A stretch of 64,000 nt of DNA from NCBI GenBank assembly GCA_963668315.1, contig OY764216.1:4160001-4224000 (forward strand). The letters run 5' to 3'. Shown in pieces: positions 36,962-47,556 of the stretch. The stretch's first letter is position 1. Each line of letters begins with the position of its first letter. The position numbers and the translations under genes are program-made. This DNA is from Spirochaetia bacterium. Its GTDB lineage: Bacteria; Spirochaetota; Spirochaetia; DSM-2461. The notes under the pieces were generated by a model, which had not been told where the DNA came from, did not search any database, and was given only the letters and a program-made list of their open reading frames with translations.

Positions 36962-39217
36962 TCAAAGGGTCAGATCGTAACGCCTTTCGAAATCATCCCG
37001 GTATTTCTCCATTTCAGATATTCTCCGAAGGGAGAGCATATCCCTGGCTATCCCCTCGGTCTCCTCTATATCAAACTGGTTGATGAGGGCCTTGACCCCC
37101 TCAACGGCGGTCGGGGGAACGCTCAGCTTCCTTATTCCCAGGCCAACGAGAAAGAGGATGAGAAGCGAATCGGTAGCAATATCCCCGCACACGGAAAGCT
37201 CTTTTCCCGCGGTTGCGGCCCCGCGGACGATCTCCGAGAGAACCCGGAGGACGGTGGGGTGATAACTCCTGTAAAGGTGGCTCAGATTATCGTTCGTCCT
37301 GTCAACGGCCAGAAGATACATGGTAAGGTCATTGGAACCGATGGAGAGAAAATCCACTTCCTCCGCCAGATCGGCAATAGAAACGGCGGCGGAGGGTAGC
37401 TCGACCATGGCGCCGATTTTGGGATGGTCGTTAAATTCCACACCCCGGGCCTTCAATTCCCGGCGGCAGATATCAATCTCTTCCTTCGCCATAACAATCT
37501 CTTCCGCGTCGGTGACCATGGGAAACAGAATGCGCAGGTCCGCCCCGTACCCGGCACGGAGCATAGCCCTGAGCTGATCATGGAAAAGTTCCTTATGGGA
37601 GAGGGAAAAACGGATCCCCCGCACACCCAGGAAAGGATTGGACTCCTTCTCCTGCCTGCCCTGCATCAGTTTATCACCCCCGATGTCGGCGGTTCTCATA
37701 ATTACGGGCTTACCCTGCTGACTCTGGACGATGGACGAGTAGATCTTGTACTGCTGCTCTTCGGATAGGAAATCATTCTTGATAATAAAGGGGAACTCGC
37801 TTCGATACAGACCGATTCCTTCGGCCCCCTGCTCCACCGCATCACGGGCATCCTTGAGAATATTGACATTGGCCATGACGTTTACGGCGGTTCCGTCGGC
37901 CGTACTCCCCTTGATGGTGAAGGACGACCGGTTCTTTTGCCGGAATCTCTCTTCCCGTATGGCATTGCGGGTAATCTCCTCCGGATCGATATAAAGCTTT
38001 CCCCCGTCACCGTCAAGCAGAAGGGGGGTGCCTTCTTCAATGGTGAGGAGGGCTTCGTCATCGGTGATCAGAACGGGCAGGCTCAGTGACTGGGCCAGAA
38101 TGGAGATATGGGCCGTAACCGAAGCGCCCCTCAGAACAATACCGGAAACTCCTTCCACAAAAAGGCGGTAGAGATCGGAGGGATAAATATGCCGGGAAAT
38201 GGCGATATGGTTCTCATAGGAGAAACCCTCCTCCCGGGAATTGCCCATATTCGTGAGAAGCCTGAAGCCCAGGTCCCTGACATCCTGCGCCTTTTCTGCC
38301 AGTCGGGCCTCACTCATGGAGGCAAATAGATCGGCATACTCCTTAACCACGGCTCGTATGGCCTGTGAGGCGGATTGACCTGTCTCTATCAGTTCGGCCA
38401 TCTTGCCCGTGAAGTTCTCATCCTTGAGCATCAGGAGCTGGGCGGTAAAAATCAAAGTGACCATCTCTTCATCGGTCTTGGAAATCGATTCGGAATACCG
38501 GTTCAGCTGAGCCTGGGTACAGTTCAGGGCGGAATGAAATTTCTCCAGCTCTTCCTCAACAGTCCCGGCCGGTTCCAGATCTTCCGAAGCCCTTTCCATA
38601 TCCGACCAGATTGGCAGGGCAATCCCTTCCACCAGGCCGTGGGAAGTACGGATGCCTTTAATGACTTTTGGAATGGGCAGCAAGGCCCCCTGATCGGTCC
38701 GGTTCTTCCTTTCAATAAGTATGGAGGCATCGGCCATCATATCCCCGAAAAGGGATACGGCCTTTTTCAGATCGGTCATATCCTCCGATCGGTAGGCATC
38801 CTTATTTCGGTGGACCATTATAAAGAGACCGATTTTTTCTGGTCCCCGGGTGATGGGCACAATGACCTTGGAATAAAAGGGAGACGTGTCGCTGACACGG
38901 TCATAGGAGATGATCTTTATAAGACCCGTTGTAAAGGCCAGACCCGTTTCTTCACTTTCCAGTGAGAAACTTTCGGGAGGAACTTCAACCTCAAAGCGGG
39001 AATGACTCCACAAATCCCCCTTGTCAAAACCGACACGGAATACCAGCTCCTTAATTTTGTCATTATACAGGTAGGCGGCGCCCTGGGAGGACCCGTTTTT
39101 TTCCATCATCAAAGACAGAGCTTCCTGTAAAAGACTATCTGCTTCCTCCGAAGTCTCAAAGAGAGACATCTTGTCCAGCAGTTTCGCGAGCAGATCGGTA
39201 TATGTCGACTTTTCCAT
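36962..39217 (-). CDS. ptsP: PTS enzyme I with N-terminal GAF-like domain
   Basis: TAH phospho-His, EGIGLYRSEF, RTADIGGDK, NPFLGVRGIR, SIGSNDL, SVCGD; about 170-aa GAF-like extension. Confidence 0.88.
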   Translation of the reverse strand: MEKSTYTDLLAKLLDKMSLFETSEEADSLLQEALSLMMEKNGSSQGAAYLYNDKIKELVFRVGFDKGDLWSHSRFEVEVPPESFSLESEETGLAFTTGLIKIISYDRVSDTSPFYSKVIVPITRGPEKIGLFIMVHRNKDAYRSEDMTDLKKAVSLFGDMMADASILIERKNRTDQGALLPIPKVIKGIRTSHGLVEGIALPIWSDMERASEDLEPAGTVEEELEKFHSALNCTQAQLNRYSESISKTDEEMVTLIFTAQLLMLKDENFTGKMAELIETGQSASQAIRAVVKEYADLFASMSEARLAEKAQDVRDLGFRLLTNMGNSREEGFSYENHIAISRHIYPSDLYRLFVEGVSGIVLRGASVTAHISILAQSLSLPVLITDDEALLTIEEGTPLLLDGDGGKLYIDPEEITRNAIREERFRQKNRSSFTIKGSTADGTAVNVMANVNILKDARDAVEQGAEGIGLYRSEFPFIIKNDFLSEEQQYKIYSSIVQSQQGKPVIMRTADIGGDKLMQGRQEKESNPFLGVRGIRFSLSHKELFHDQLRAMLRAGYGADLRILFPMVTDAEEIVMAKEEIDICRRELKARGVEFNDHPKIGAMVELPSAAVSIADLAEEVDFLSIGSNDLTMYLLAVDRTNDNLSHLYRSYHPTVLRVLSEIVRGAATAGKELSVCGDIATDSLLILFLVGLGIRKLSVPPTAVEGVKALINQFDIEETEGIARDMLSLRRISEMEKYRDDFERRYDLTL

Positions 39218-39273
39218 AATTACAAAATACAAAGAGAAGGAAGGTTAGTCTATATTTTTTTTGAAAAGGCCAC

Positions 39274-39302
39274 AAAAAAACCGGCAGTTGAACCTGCCGG
39301 TT
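39274..39302 (-). terminator. Intrinsic terminator of the liv operon
   Basis: AACCGGCAG/CTGCCGGTT stem followed by a U-run on the minus strand. Confidence 0.85.
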
Positions 39303-39326
39303 GGTAATTCTCCTCAGAAGGGAATA

Positions 39327-40034
39327 CTAAATTCCCAGATAAGCCGCTTTAACCTCTTCATTGGCCATGAGCTTATCGGCATCATCGGTCATGGTGACGG
39401 CGCCGTTCTGAAGGACATATCCCCTGTGGGCAATTTTCAGCGCCATGTTGGCATTCTGTTCCACCAGGAATACGGTCGTCTTGTTCTCTTTATTGATCTT
39501 TTCAATAATCTCAAAGATCTGCTTTACAATGAGGGGAGCCAGTCCCAGGGAAGGCTCATCGAGAAGCAGAAGTCTCGGTTTTGCCATCAGAGCCCGCGAA
39601 ATGGCCAGCATCTGCTGTTCACCGCCGGAAAGGGTCCCTCCCTGCTGGGTTCTTCTCTCGGCAAGACGGGGAAAAAGCTCAAAGATATACTCCATATCCC
39701 GGGAGATTCCCTCCTTGTCATTTCTGAGAAAGGCGCCCATATCCAGGTTCTCCGCCACGGTCAGCTTGGGGAAGATTCTTCTTCCCTCGGGAACCTGGGA
39801 TATACCCAGGGAAACAATCTTATCGGGAGCGGTTTCGGTAATATCCTCACCCTCAAAGATGACTCTGCCCGAGCGGGGCTGCTCAATGCCGCAGATGGAC
39901 ATCAGGGTTGTGGTTTTCCCCGCGCCGTTCGCACCGATCAGGGTGATGATCTCCCCCTCTTTTACTTCCAGCGAGAGATCTTTCAAGGCCTGTATATTAC
40001 CGTAATAGGTATTTATATTTTCCAGTTTTAACAT
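39327..40034 (-). CDS. livF: Branched-chain amino acid ABC ATPase
   Basis: GANGAGKTT, VPEGRRIF, LSGGEQQM, DEPSLGLAP, VEQNA. Confidence 0.95.
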   Translation of the reverse strand: MLKLENINTYYGNIQALKDLSLEVKEGEIITLIGANGAGKTTTLMSICGIEQPRSGRVIFEGEDITETAPDKIVSLGISQVPEGRRIFPKLTVAENLDMGAFLRNDKEGISRDMEYIFELFPRLAERRTQQGGTLSGGEQQMLAISRALMAKPRLLLLDEPSLGLAPLIVKQIFEIIEKINKENKTTVFLVEQNANMALKIAHRGYVLQNGAVTMTDDADKLMANEEVKAAYLGI

Positions 40035-40036
40035 TT

Positions 40037-40816
40037 CTACTCTCCCAGGTAAGCCTTGATTACATCCGGATTAGCCTTGATCTGCTCCGGGGAACCTTCG
40101 GCGATAAGCTGCCCGTAATCCACCACATAGATCCTTTCAGAAAGGGTCATGACCAGGCTCATGTCGTGCTCAATCAGAAGCACGGTGATATTCTCCTCCT
40201 CGCGGATGAAGTTTATCGTATCGACAAGGGCCCTCGTTTCCTGGGGATTCATACCGGCTGCCGGCTCGTCCAGAAGCAGGAGGAAAGGATCGGTAGCCAT
40301 GGCGCGGGCGATTTCCAGACGGCGCTGGGCACCGTAGGGAAGATTCTGTGCCTGCTCGTTGATGAACTTTTCCAGACCGATCTTTTTCAGAATCTCATGG
40401 CTATCGTAAATAACCTTCTCTTCCTCTTCCTTGGTGGTTTTCACCCGGAAGATAGAACCCAGAATGGAGGAATTGAGGGCGTTGTGCCGCCCTATCATGA
40501 CATTCTCCAGTACGGTCATGGTACTGAAAAGACGTATATTCTGGAAAGTTCTGGCCAGTCCCATGTTATTAATGCGGTTCGGCTTGAGACCGTTGATTTT
40601 CTTCTGGTCTTCATCGCCCGGCCTCTGGATCAGGATCTCCCCTTCCGAAGGCGTATAAACACCGGTGATGCAGTTGAAGAAAGTGGTCTTCCCGGCCCCG
40701 TTGGGACCGATAAGGGCGACAATTTCTCCCTTGTTTATATGGAGGTTCACCTTGTCCACAGCCCGGAGTCCGCCGAAGACCATGCTCATGTCTTTTACAT
40801 CCAGTATCGGTTTCAT
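40037..40816 (-). CDS. livG: Branched-chain amino acid ABC ATPase
   Basis: FGGL.A, GPNGAGKTT, ARTFQNIRLF, DEPAAGMN, IEHDM. Confidence 0.95.
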   Translation of the reverse strand: MKPILDVKDMSMVFGGLRAVDKVNLHINKGEIVALIGPNGAGKTTFFNCITGVYTPSEGEILIQRPGDEDQKKINGLKPNRINNMGLARTFQNIRLFSTMTVLENVMIGRHNALNSSILGSIFRVKTTKEEEEKVIYDSHEILKKIGLEKFINEQAQNLPYGAQRRLEIARAMATDPFLLLLDEPAAGMNPQETRALVDTINFIREEENITVLLIEHDMSLVMTLSERIYVVDYGQLIAEGSPEQIKANPDVIKAYLGE

Positions 40817-42060
40817 TTGACGGCTCCTTCCGATTCAAAGGTATAGATTTTTCTCTTGCGCGGGATGATGCCGCCGGGACGGAAAATCATCATCAGAACC
40901 AGAGCGATACCGAAAATCAGCATGCGGTATTCCGAGAAGGAACGGAAGTACTCGGGAAGCATGATCATCAGGATGGATCCGAAGATGACGCCCGGTATGG
41001 ATCCCATACCGCCGAGAACGACAACACAGAGGATAATGATCGATTCCCAGAGGGTAAAACTCTCCGGGTTGATAAATGTGGTTTTCGCGGCGAGAAGAAC
41101 ACCGGCGAAACCGGCCCAGAAGGCCCCGACGGCGAAGGACGCCAGCTTGGCCCGGGTCAGGTCGATACCCATGGACTGGGCGGCGATTTCGTCTTCCCTC
41201 ATGGCTTCCCAGGCCCGTCCGATCTTGGAGTCCTCCAGATTTTTGACGACCTTTATAGAGATAAGCACAAGAGCCAGGGCGATGAAATAGATATATTTCG
41301 CCGCCATGATGGGGTTCACCTTCATTCCCAGAAGCCAGGGGCGGGGTATCTGGCTGATTCCGCTCGGTCCCAGGGTTATCTGCCCTTCGTTCTGAAGGAA
41401 CATTCTGATGATCTCCCCGAATGCCAGGGTGACGATAGCCAGATAGTCTCCCCTCAGTCTGATAACGGGAAGACAGATGAGAAAGCCGAAAACAAGGGAG
41501 ATGATGGCGGCGCCCGGTACGGCGATCCAGAACATGAGTCCCGTGTTAATCCCCCATTCAATGAATTTCGGCCCCACATAGGTGAAAAAGAGGCCGTAAG
41601 AGTAGGCTCCCACCGCATAGAAAGCGGCGTATCCCAGGTTAAGGAGTCCGCCGTATCCCACAACGATATTCAATCCCAGTCCCAGAATGATGTAGATCAG
41701 GACGGAAATCATAACATTCGTCTGATACATGGAGAAGAGAAAGGGGAAGGACAGGAGAAACAGGGCCAGCACGGCCAGGGACGGGCGGGAGTACTTTTTC
41801 TGACCGAGAAGGGTTCCTATGATATTCTTAGACTCTTTCTTGCTGGAATTCTTTCTTCTTTCCAGCATGTATCTCCAGAAGAAGGAGAGCACGAAAAAGG
41901 CAACGGCGATGATAGGTACATTGGTCCAGCGCCAGGTTATGGTGGCCTGCCCCTGGATAATGGCGACTTTCATGACCATCAGGGGAAAAGTTAGAAAGAC
42001 AAACCAGACGGCTGCCAGAGTAGACTGTTTAAGTTCTTTTTTCCAATCGATATTCTGCAT
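40813..42060 (-). CDS. livM: Branched-chain amino acid ABC permease
   Basis: Start MQNIDW at 42060; LGLNIVVG, LRGDYLAIVTLAFGEI, VVLGGMGS. Confidence 0.93.
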   Translation of the reverse strand: MQNIDWKKELKQSTLAAVWFVFLTFPLMVMKVAIIQGQATITWRWTNVPIIAVAFFVLSFFWRYMLERRKNSSKKESKNIIGTLLGQKKYSRPSLAVLALFLLSFPFLFSMYQTNVMISVLIYIILGLGLNIVVGYGGLLNLGYAAFYAVGAYSYGLFFTYVGPKFIEWGINTGLMFWIAVPGAAIISLVFGFLICLPVIRLRGDYLAIVTLAFGEIIRMFLQNEGQITLGPSGISQIPRPWLLGMKVNPIMAAKYIYFIALALVLISIKVVKNLEDSKIGRAWEAMREDEIAAQSMGIDLTRAKLASFAVGAFWAGFAGVLLAAKTTFINPESFTLWESIIILCVVVLGGMGSIPGVIFGSILMIMLPEYFRSFSEYRMLIFGIALVLMMIFRPGGIIPRKRKIYTFESEGAVK

Positions 42061-42070
42061 CACTTCCCCC

Positions 42071-42973
42071 TTAAACCTTTTTGATCTCTTTTTTGCCGAG
42101 CAGACCGGAGGGACGTACCAGGAGAATGATGATGAGAATGATAAAGGCGAAGGCGTCTTCGTAATCACTGGAAAGATAGCCGGCTCCGAAACTCTCGGTC
42201 CAGCCCAGGACGAAACTTCCCAGTACGGCGCCGGGAATGGAACCGATTCCGCCGAGAACAGCGGCGACAAAGGCCTTGATACCGGCGATAAAGCCGATAT
42301 AATAGTTGATCTGCCCCATGTAGGAACAGATGAGAACACCGCCCAGGGCCGCCGTGGCCGAGCCGAGCAGGAAGGTGACGGAAATGACCTGGTTGACGTT
42401 GATGCCGACCAGCTGGGCCATATCCTTATCCTGAGCCGTGGCTCTCATGGCTTTACCCATCTTTGTATACTGAATCATCAGAGTAAAGAGCACCATCACC
42501 ACAGCGGTGGTAATGAGGATGAAAAACTGATTCGAATTTAAAATTCCCTTGATTCCTTCAAGAAAGGCGAACTGGGGCACCCAGTTGGGAAAGGGAACGA
42601 AGTTAGACGTCTGAACGAGCAGAACATAATTCTGCAGGAAGATAGACATACCTATCGCGCTGATCAGCGCGGAAAGGCGGGGCGAGTTCCTTAACGGTTT
42701 ATAAGCGATTTTCTCAAGGGTCACGCCGTAGGCGGCGGCCCATACCATGGCGGAAAGCAGCGCCACGATCAGGATGAGAATGGTAGGAACCCCTGCGGCG
42801 GCCATTGTGGCGCCGATTATGAGAGCCGTAAAAGCTCCGATCATGTAGATTTCACCGTGGGCGAAGTTTATGAGCTGTATGATACCGTAGACCATGGTAT
42901 ATCCCAGCGCGATAAGAGCGTAGATGCTCCCCTTCACAGTCCCACTCATGAAAAGCTGAATAAAATATTCCAT
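42071..42973 (-). CDS. livH: Branched-chain amino acid ABC permease
   Basis: GSIYALIALGYTMVYG..INFAHG, KAF.AAVLGGIG. Confidence 0.94.
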   Translation of the reverse strand: MEYFIQLFMSGTVKGSIYALIALGYTMVYGIIQLINFAHGEIYMIGAFTALIIGATMAAAGVPTILILIVALLSAMVWAAAYGVTLEKIAYKPLRNSPRLSALISAIGMSIFLQNYVLLVQTSNFVPFPNWVPQFAFLEGIKGILNSNQFFILITTAVVMVLFTLMIQYTKMGKAMRATAQDKDMAQLVGINVNQVISVTFLLGSATAALGGVLICSYMGQINYYIGFIAGIKAFVAAVLGGIGSIPGAVLGSFVLGWTESFGAGYLSSDYEDAFAFIILIIILLVRPSGLLGKKEIKKV

Positions 42974-43160
42974 AAGCGATCCAATCGGAACGGATAGACG
43001 TTCCATTTCGTTTTTTTCATAAATGCCCGGCGCCGGAGAGCACCGAAAGCACAGAGCGATATCTCTTACGGAGATATTCCTCTCTGCCTTTTACCAATAA
43101 GGGGGCAGCCGGCCGGATAAAGGCAGACAAACCCCCTCTTTGGTAGACCTGCAGGCCTAA

Positions 43161-44264
43161 CTATTTAACTTCCACGTAAGTTCCGTTCTTTACCTGGTAA
43201 ACAACGAATCCTACGCCGATGGCTTCACCACTGTCGTCAAAGCTGATGCTTCCCAGGGGGGTATCAACATAGTTGGAGGTCAGAGCGTCTCTGATGGCGC
43301 TGTACTCGGTGCTGTCAGCCATATCAATGGCATTGCAGACGGCGAGCATGGCGGCATAGGCGTTATAGAAGAAGGCACCGGGCTCTTCGCCGTATTTGGC
43401 GAGGTGATCTTCGGCAGCTTTCTTGTACATGGGGTTGGAGCTCGTATCGATGGGTCCGGTAGCGTAAACGCCTTCGGCGAATTCACCGGCTACGTCGATA
43501 AAAGTCTGGTCCTTGACACCGTCGTCGGAAAGGAAGGGAATGGTCATTCCCTTGTTCTTCATCTGGGTGACAAGCTTGGAAGCTTCGGGGTGGTAACCGC
43601 CCCATACGAGAGCTTCGGCACCGGCGTTGGCGACTTTATTGATTACGGCGCTGTAATCAACACCACCGGGAGTTACACCTTCGAAAAGAACAACTTCCAT
43701 ACCGGCGGAGGGAGCCATCTGCTGAACGAGTTCGGCAAAGCCCTTACCGTAGTCGCCCTTGTCGTGAAGAACGGCAATTTTCTTGAGTCCCAGAGTCTTC
43801 ATGAACTCAACTTCGGTGATGGCCTGAGCGTCATCGGAAGCGATGGTTCTGAAAAAGTTGGGGTAGGTACCGTCACAGAGAGCGGTGTTGGTAGCGGAAG
43901 GGGATACGGTCAGAAGATCGGAATCCTTGTAAATACCAAGAGCCGCCTTGGTAGCTCCGGAACAGATGTGGCCGATAACAGCGGTAACGCCCTCGCCCAC
44001 CAGCTTGGAAGCGGTGTTGGTGGCAATTTCGGGTTTACACTGATCGTCTTCCACGACAACCTCGATCATCTTGCCGTCGATACCGCCCTCGGCGTTAATC
44101 ATTTCAGCAACGAGCTGTACGGCATTAACCGTGGGAAGGCCGTAAGAGGCCAGGTCTCCGGTATGGGCTCCGCCTACACCGATTTTGATTGTGTCGCTGG
44201 CGCCGTTTGCAAATAGCAGACCGCTGACAGCAACAAAAACCAGAAGTAAAGATAATTTCTTCAT
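43161..44264 (-). CDS. livK: Branched-chain amino acid ABC substrate-binding protein
   Basis: Signal peptide; DDQCKP, VIGHICSG, HDKGDYGKG, GGYHPE. Confidence 0.92.
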   Translation of the reverse strand: MKKLSLLLVFVAVSGLLFANGASDTIKIGVGGAHTGDLASYGLPTVNAVQLVAEMINAEGGIDGKMIEVVVEDDQCKPEIATNTASKLVGEGVTAVIGHICSGATKAALGIYKDSDLLTVSPSATNTALCDGTYPNFFRTIASDDAQAITEVEFMKTLGLKKIAVLHDKGDYGKGFAELVQQMAPSAGMEVVLFEGVTPGGVDYSAVINKVANAGAEALVWGGYHPEASKLVTQMKNKGMTIPFLSDDGVKDQTFIDVAGEFAEGVYATGPIDTSSNPMYKKAAEDHLAKYGEEPGAFFYNAYAAMLAVCNAIDMADSTEYSAIRDALTSNYVDTPLGSISFDDSGEAIGVGFVVYQVKNGTYVEVK

Positions 44265-44379
44265 TGACTTTCTCCTTTTCCTTTTACTTTAATGACTAAC
44301 CCTATTATGAAACTAGGAAAAAGTCAATTCTTTATGGCAAAGTGTTGCCATGAAATAGAATTTTTCCACGTTTCTCGGA

Positions 44380-45816
44380 TTAAATCTCCTTCAATACTGC
44401 GGAAATCAGAGAATAAATGTCTTTAAGCGATGGAATAAGAAGTCTTTCATCGGGAGAATGGGGATTCAGGATTGTCGGTCCCAGAGAGATCATATCCATT
44501 CCCCTGTATTTACTTCCGATAACACCCGTTTCCAGACCGGCATGGATAACCTCTACGACCGGCTCTTTGCCAAAAAGCCCCCTGTAGATCTCACTGAAGA
44601 GCCGGAGCAGCGGACTGTCCCAGTCGGGCTGCCAGGCGGGATACTTGTTCTTTCTTACGATATTCGCACAGCCGGCTTGCCGGGCGGCCGCCTCGGTCCG
44701 CAGGGTCACTTCATCGAGACGGCTCATGACGGAACTGCGCTGACTGGTCCTGAAATGAAAGGCTCCCTCCTTCCTGATGACCGCAGCCAGATTGGCCGAT
44801 GTCTCCACCAGGCCTTCGATCTCCCGGGAAAGGGCCATGACGCCGTGGGGCACGGTGACGATAAGGTCGGTGAAGGAACGGGCGGAATTCACAGAAAGGC
44901 AGGAGTATTCCCCCTCCCTGCCGGATGAGAGGGTGAACTTCAGGGCGGAATCCGCCCCGTCAAGCTCGCCTTTCAGTATCTCCTCCCAGCGGGCCAGTTC
45001 TCTCTTCAGAAAATCAATTTTCTCACCGCCGACCACAAGCAGGGCTTCCGCCCTCCGGGCGATGGCATTGGTGGCCCCGGAGCCGCTCTCCAGGTTAGCC
45101 AGCCTGACCGAATCCCCCAGAAGGGAGGAGAGGACACGGCCCATGATGACGAGGGCCGAACCCTTACCCTTATTTATATCCATCCCCGAATGTCCCCCGG
45201 AAAGACCGTCCAGAATAATTTCACAGGGTATGCCCCTGATCTGCTCCCATTCGCCTTCAAGATCAAAAAAACAGTCGTTCCCGCCAGCGCAGCCCACGGT
45301 GAAGTACCCCTCCTCCTCGGAATCGAGATTAATCAGGGTGGAACCCGAAAGGAATCCCGGCTCCAGGGCATTGGCGCCGTCCAGGCCGATCTCCTCATCG
45401 CTGGTGACGAGGATCTCCAGGGGTGGATGGGCTAATTCTGTATTGACGGCCACATCAAAGGCGATGGCCAGGGCGATTCCGTTATCGGCGCCCAGAGTCG
45501 TGTCCCTTGCCTTCAGCCACTCCCCTTCCCGGTAAAGATCAAGGGGATCGGCGTCAAAATCATGATCCGACGAGGGGGTCTTCTCGCATACCATATCGGA
45601 GTGGCCCTGCAGAATAACCACCGGCTTGCCCTCATAACCGGGCGAGGCGGGCACGCTAATCAGAATATTATCGTATCCGTCCACGCGACAGGGAAATCCC
45701 TGCTCCTCCGCCCAGGCGGTGATCCAGTCTCTTATCGGCCCCCGGTTGCCCGATTTGCGGGGTACGGAGGAAATTTGCTCGAAAACGGTCAGTACGTTCT
45801 CTGTTCTGTCTGTCAT
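44380..45816 (-). CDS. pepD: Aminoacyl-histidine dipeptidase (M20C)
   Basis: QGHSDMVCEK, TTLGADNG, DEEIG, NLDSEE, GGHSG, IHAGLE, HSPDE. Confidence 0.94.
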   Translation of the reverse strand: MTDRTENVLTVFEQISSVPRKSGNRGPIRDWITAWAEEQGFPCRVDGYDNILISVPASPGYEGKPVVILQGHSDMVCEKTPSSDHDFDADPLDLYREGEWLKARDTTLGADNGIALAIAFDVAVNTELAHPPLEILVTSDEEIGLDGANALEPGFLSGSTLINLDSEEEGYFTVGCAGGNDCFFDLEGEWEQIRGIPCEIILDGLSGGHSGMDINKGKGSALVIMGRVLSSLLGDSVRLANLESGSGATNAIARRAEALLVVGGEKIDFLKRELARWEEILKGELDGADSALKFTLSSGREGEYSCLSVNSARSFTDLIVTVPHGVMALSREIEGLVETSANLAAVIRKEGAFHFRTSQRSSVMSRLDEVTLRTEAAARQAGCANIVRKNKYPAWQPDWDSPLLRLFSEIYRGLFGKEPVVEVIHAGLETGVIGSKYRGMDMISLGPTILNPHSPDERLLIPSLKDIYSLISAVLKEI

Positions 45817-47387
45817 TGGGAACTCCTTTTCTTTCGAATGTTCTCTATGATAAAAAGGGCGATAACACCGCAGGAGGCGATAAGGACGGCCAGGTCAAAC
45901 CACTCTCCCGTCCGGGTAAAAAGGGTTGTTCTCCCCGTATATACGGGGGTGTCGTAGGTCAGATACCCTTCGGTAAAAGGCTCAAGCGAGGAAAGGATTT
46001 CCCCGTTGGGGGAGATCACCGCGGTGAAACCGGAACAGGTGGACCTCACCATGGAACGGCGGTTCTCCACGCTCCTGAAAACCGCCATGGAGCCGTGCTG
46101 CATGCAGCAGGCGGGCGAAGGAGACCAGGCATCGTTGGTGATATTGACGAAAACTTCCGCCCCCTCCTTGGCAAAGCCTCTGGCCAGATAGGGAAAAACA
46201 TCCTCATAGCAGATCATGGCGGAAAATTTAACCCCCTTCTGTTCCATGACGGTCCATTCGTCTCCGCTTTCGTAAACCGCCGCGCCCTGGTCTATGATAT
46301 ACTGGGCCAGACGGGGAAAGATTTTGTTGTAGGGCGAAGGAAAATACTCGCCGAAGGGCACGAGGTGAAGCTTGTGATACCTGTCGGTAATCTCCCCATC
46401 CTCAAAAAGCAGGGCGGCGTTCCAGCTCTTGCGCTCGCCGTTTTCCATGACCGAATCGTTATTGCCGATGATAAAGTCCGTACCGGACTCCTTGAGAAAA
46501 GTCCTCAGCTTTTTGATCAGCACAAGCTTCTCCGGCTCCTGCCTGTACCTTTCGTGCCACTCCACCGAAGGGACGAAGGAGGTTTCCGACCAGATAACCA
46601 CATCGGGGCTGTCCTTCTCTATAGCCTCGGAAGAGAGGCGCGCCAGGGCTTCGTAAGACCTTTTATACTGCTCCATATTGCTGCGCCAGGCGTCCTGATT
46701 ATGCTGAATAAGGGTGGTACGCCAGACGGGGCTGTCCGAATAATCCACTCGGGAAGCAAAACCATAGGCATTGACCGCCAGAAATACGGCGGCATAGACC
46801 GCTGCCGGCTTCAGGGATTTCCACGTGAGCCATTGACCGGGTTTGACATAGTTGATCAGCCAGGCGAGATAGGCGGAGGGGATGACGACCAGCGCCGAGA
46901 CGCCCAGAACGCCGGTAATATCGGAAATGCCTATCAGTGACAGAAATCGATACTGGGTATAGCCGATAATGCCATAGCTGTATCCGATAAATCCCTTGGT
47001 CCTCACCACTTCGTAAAACAGCCAGAAAAGCGTCTGGAGCAGCCAGGAATAGCGGGGCACTTTACTGTCGGCCCATTTGAAGAGGGGGAAAAAGAGGGCG
47101 AAGAAACCGGCATAGATGACGGGCACGACCACATAGGATACGGGATTGAATATTTCAAGCCAGAAATTGAAAATGCGGTAGGTGACAAAGCCGTAGAAGG
47201 CGCCGTAGAGAACCGATTTTCCCCAGCCCGACCTGTGAATGACGACGAAGACGGGAATCAGGGAGAACCAGGCAAGGAATCCCAGCCCCCAATCGTTGAG
47301 AAAACTGGGAAAAGCCAGGGAAAAAAGAAGAGAAGACAGAGCCAGAAGCCCCAATTCCAGTAAGATGGTGACAATGTTTTTTTTCAT
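45813..47387 (-). CDS. lnt: Apolipoprotein N-acyltransferase
   Basis: TM N-terminus; WSET, K.HLVPFGEY, ICYED, TNDAW, R.VENRR. Confidence 0.94.
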   Translation of the reverse strand: MKKNIVTILLELGLLALSSLLFSLAFPSFLNDWGLGFLAWFSLIPVFVVIHRSGWGKSVLYGAFYGFVTYRIFNFWLEIFNPVSYVVVPVIYAGFFALFFPLFKWADSKVPRYSWLLQTLFWLFYEVVRTKGFIGYSYGIIGYTQYRFLSLIGISDITGVLGVSALVVIPSAYLAWLINYVKPGQWLTWKSLKPAAVYAAVFLAVNAYGFASRVDYSDSPVWRTTLIQHNQDAWRSNMEQYKRSYEALARLSSEAIEKDSPDVVIWSETSFVPSVEWHERYRQEPEKLVLIKKLRTFLKESGTDFIIGNNDSVMENGERKSWNAALLFEDGEITDRYHKLHLVPFGEYFPSPYNKIFPRLAQYIIDQGAAVYESGDEWTVMEQKGVKFSAMICYEDVFPYLARGFAKEGAEVFVNITNDAWSPSPACCMQHGSMAVFRSVENRRSMVRSTCSGFTAVISPNGEILSSLEPFTEGYLTYDTPVYTGRTTLFTRTGEWFDLAVLIASCGVIALFIIENIRKKRSSQ

Positions 47388-47556
47388 ATAATTCTTTTAT
47401 ACCGCTCCTTCTCTGAAGTCTGACCATTATAGAATAAGACCCCTTTTTTTAAAAGGCCTTCCCCTTGTCCCGCACGGGGCAAGAAGTGTAAGATAACGGG
47501 CGCCGGAAAAATTCCGGCGTTTATCCGGCCGGGAAGGCCCACTCAGGAGGAAATAA

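Noticed and set aside
40813..42339. Extended 508-aa livM ORF overlapping livH; similar over-long starts at 5051, 11737, 14936, 31301, 61416 and 63038
   Set aside because: Longest-ORF artefacts; downstream starts have an RBS and match family N-termini
47455..47550. Possible cobalamin riboswitch before the CobD-like gene (GTCCCGCA, GGGAAGGC, TCAGGAG fragments; three-way fold)
   Set aside because: The 5' GGGAA/GGTG-AATCC core and ACTGT are absent, and a TTGTCC-18-TAAGAT promoter would start transcription mid-structure; cmscan would settle it
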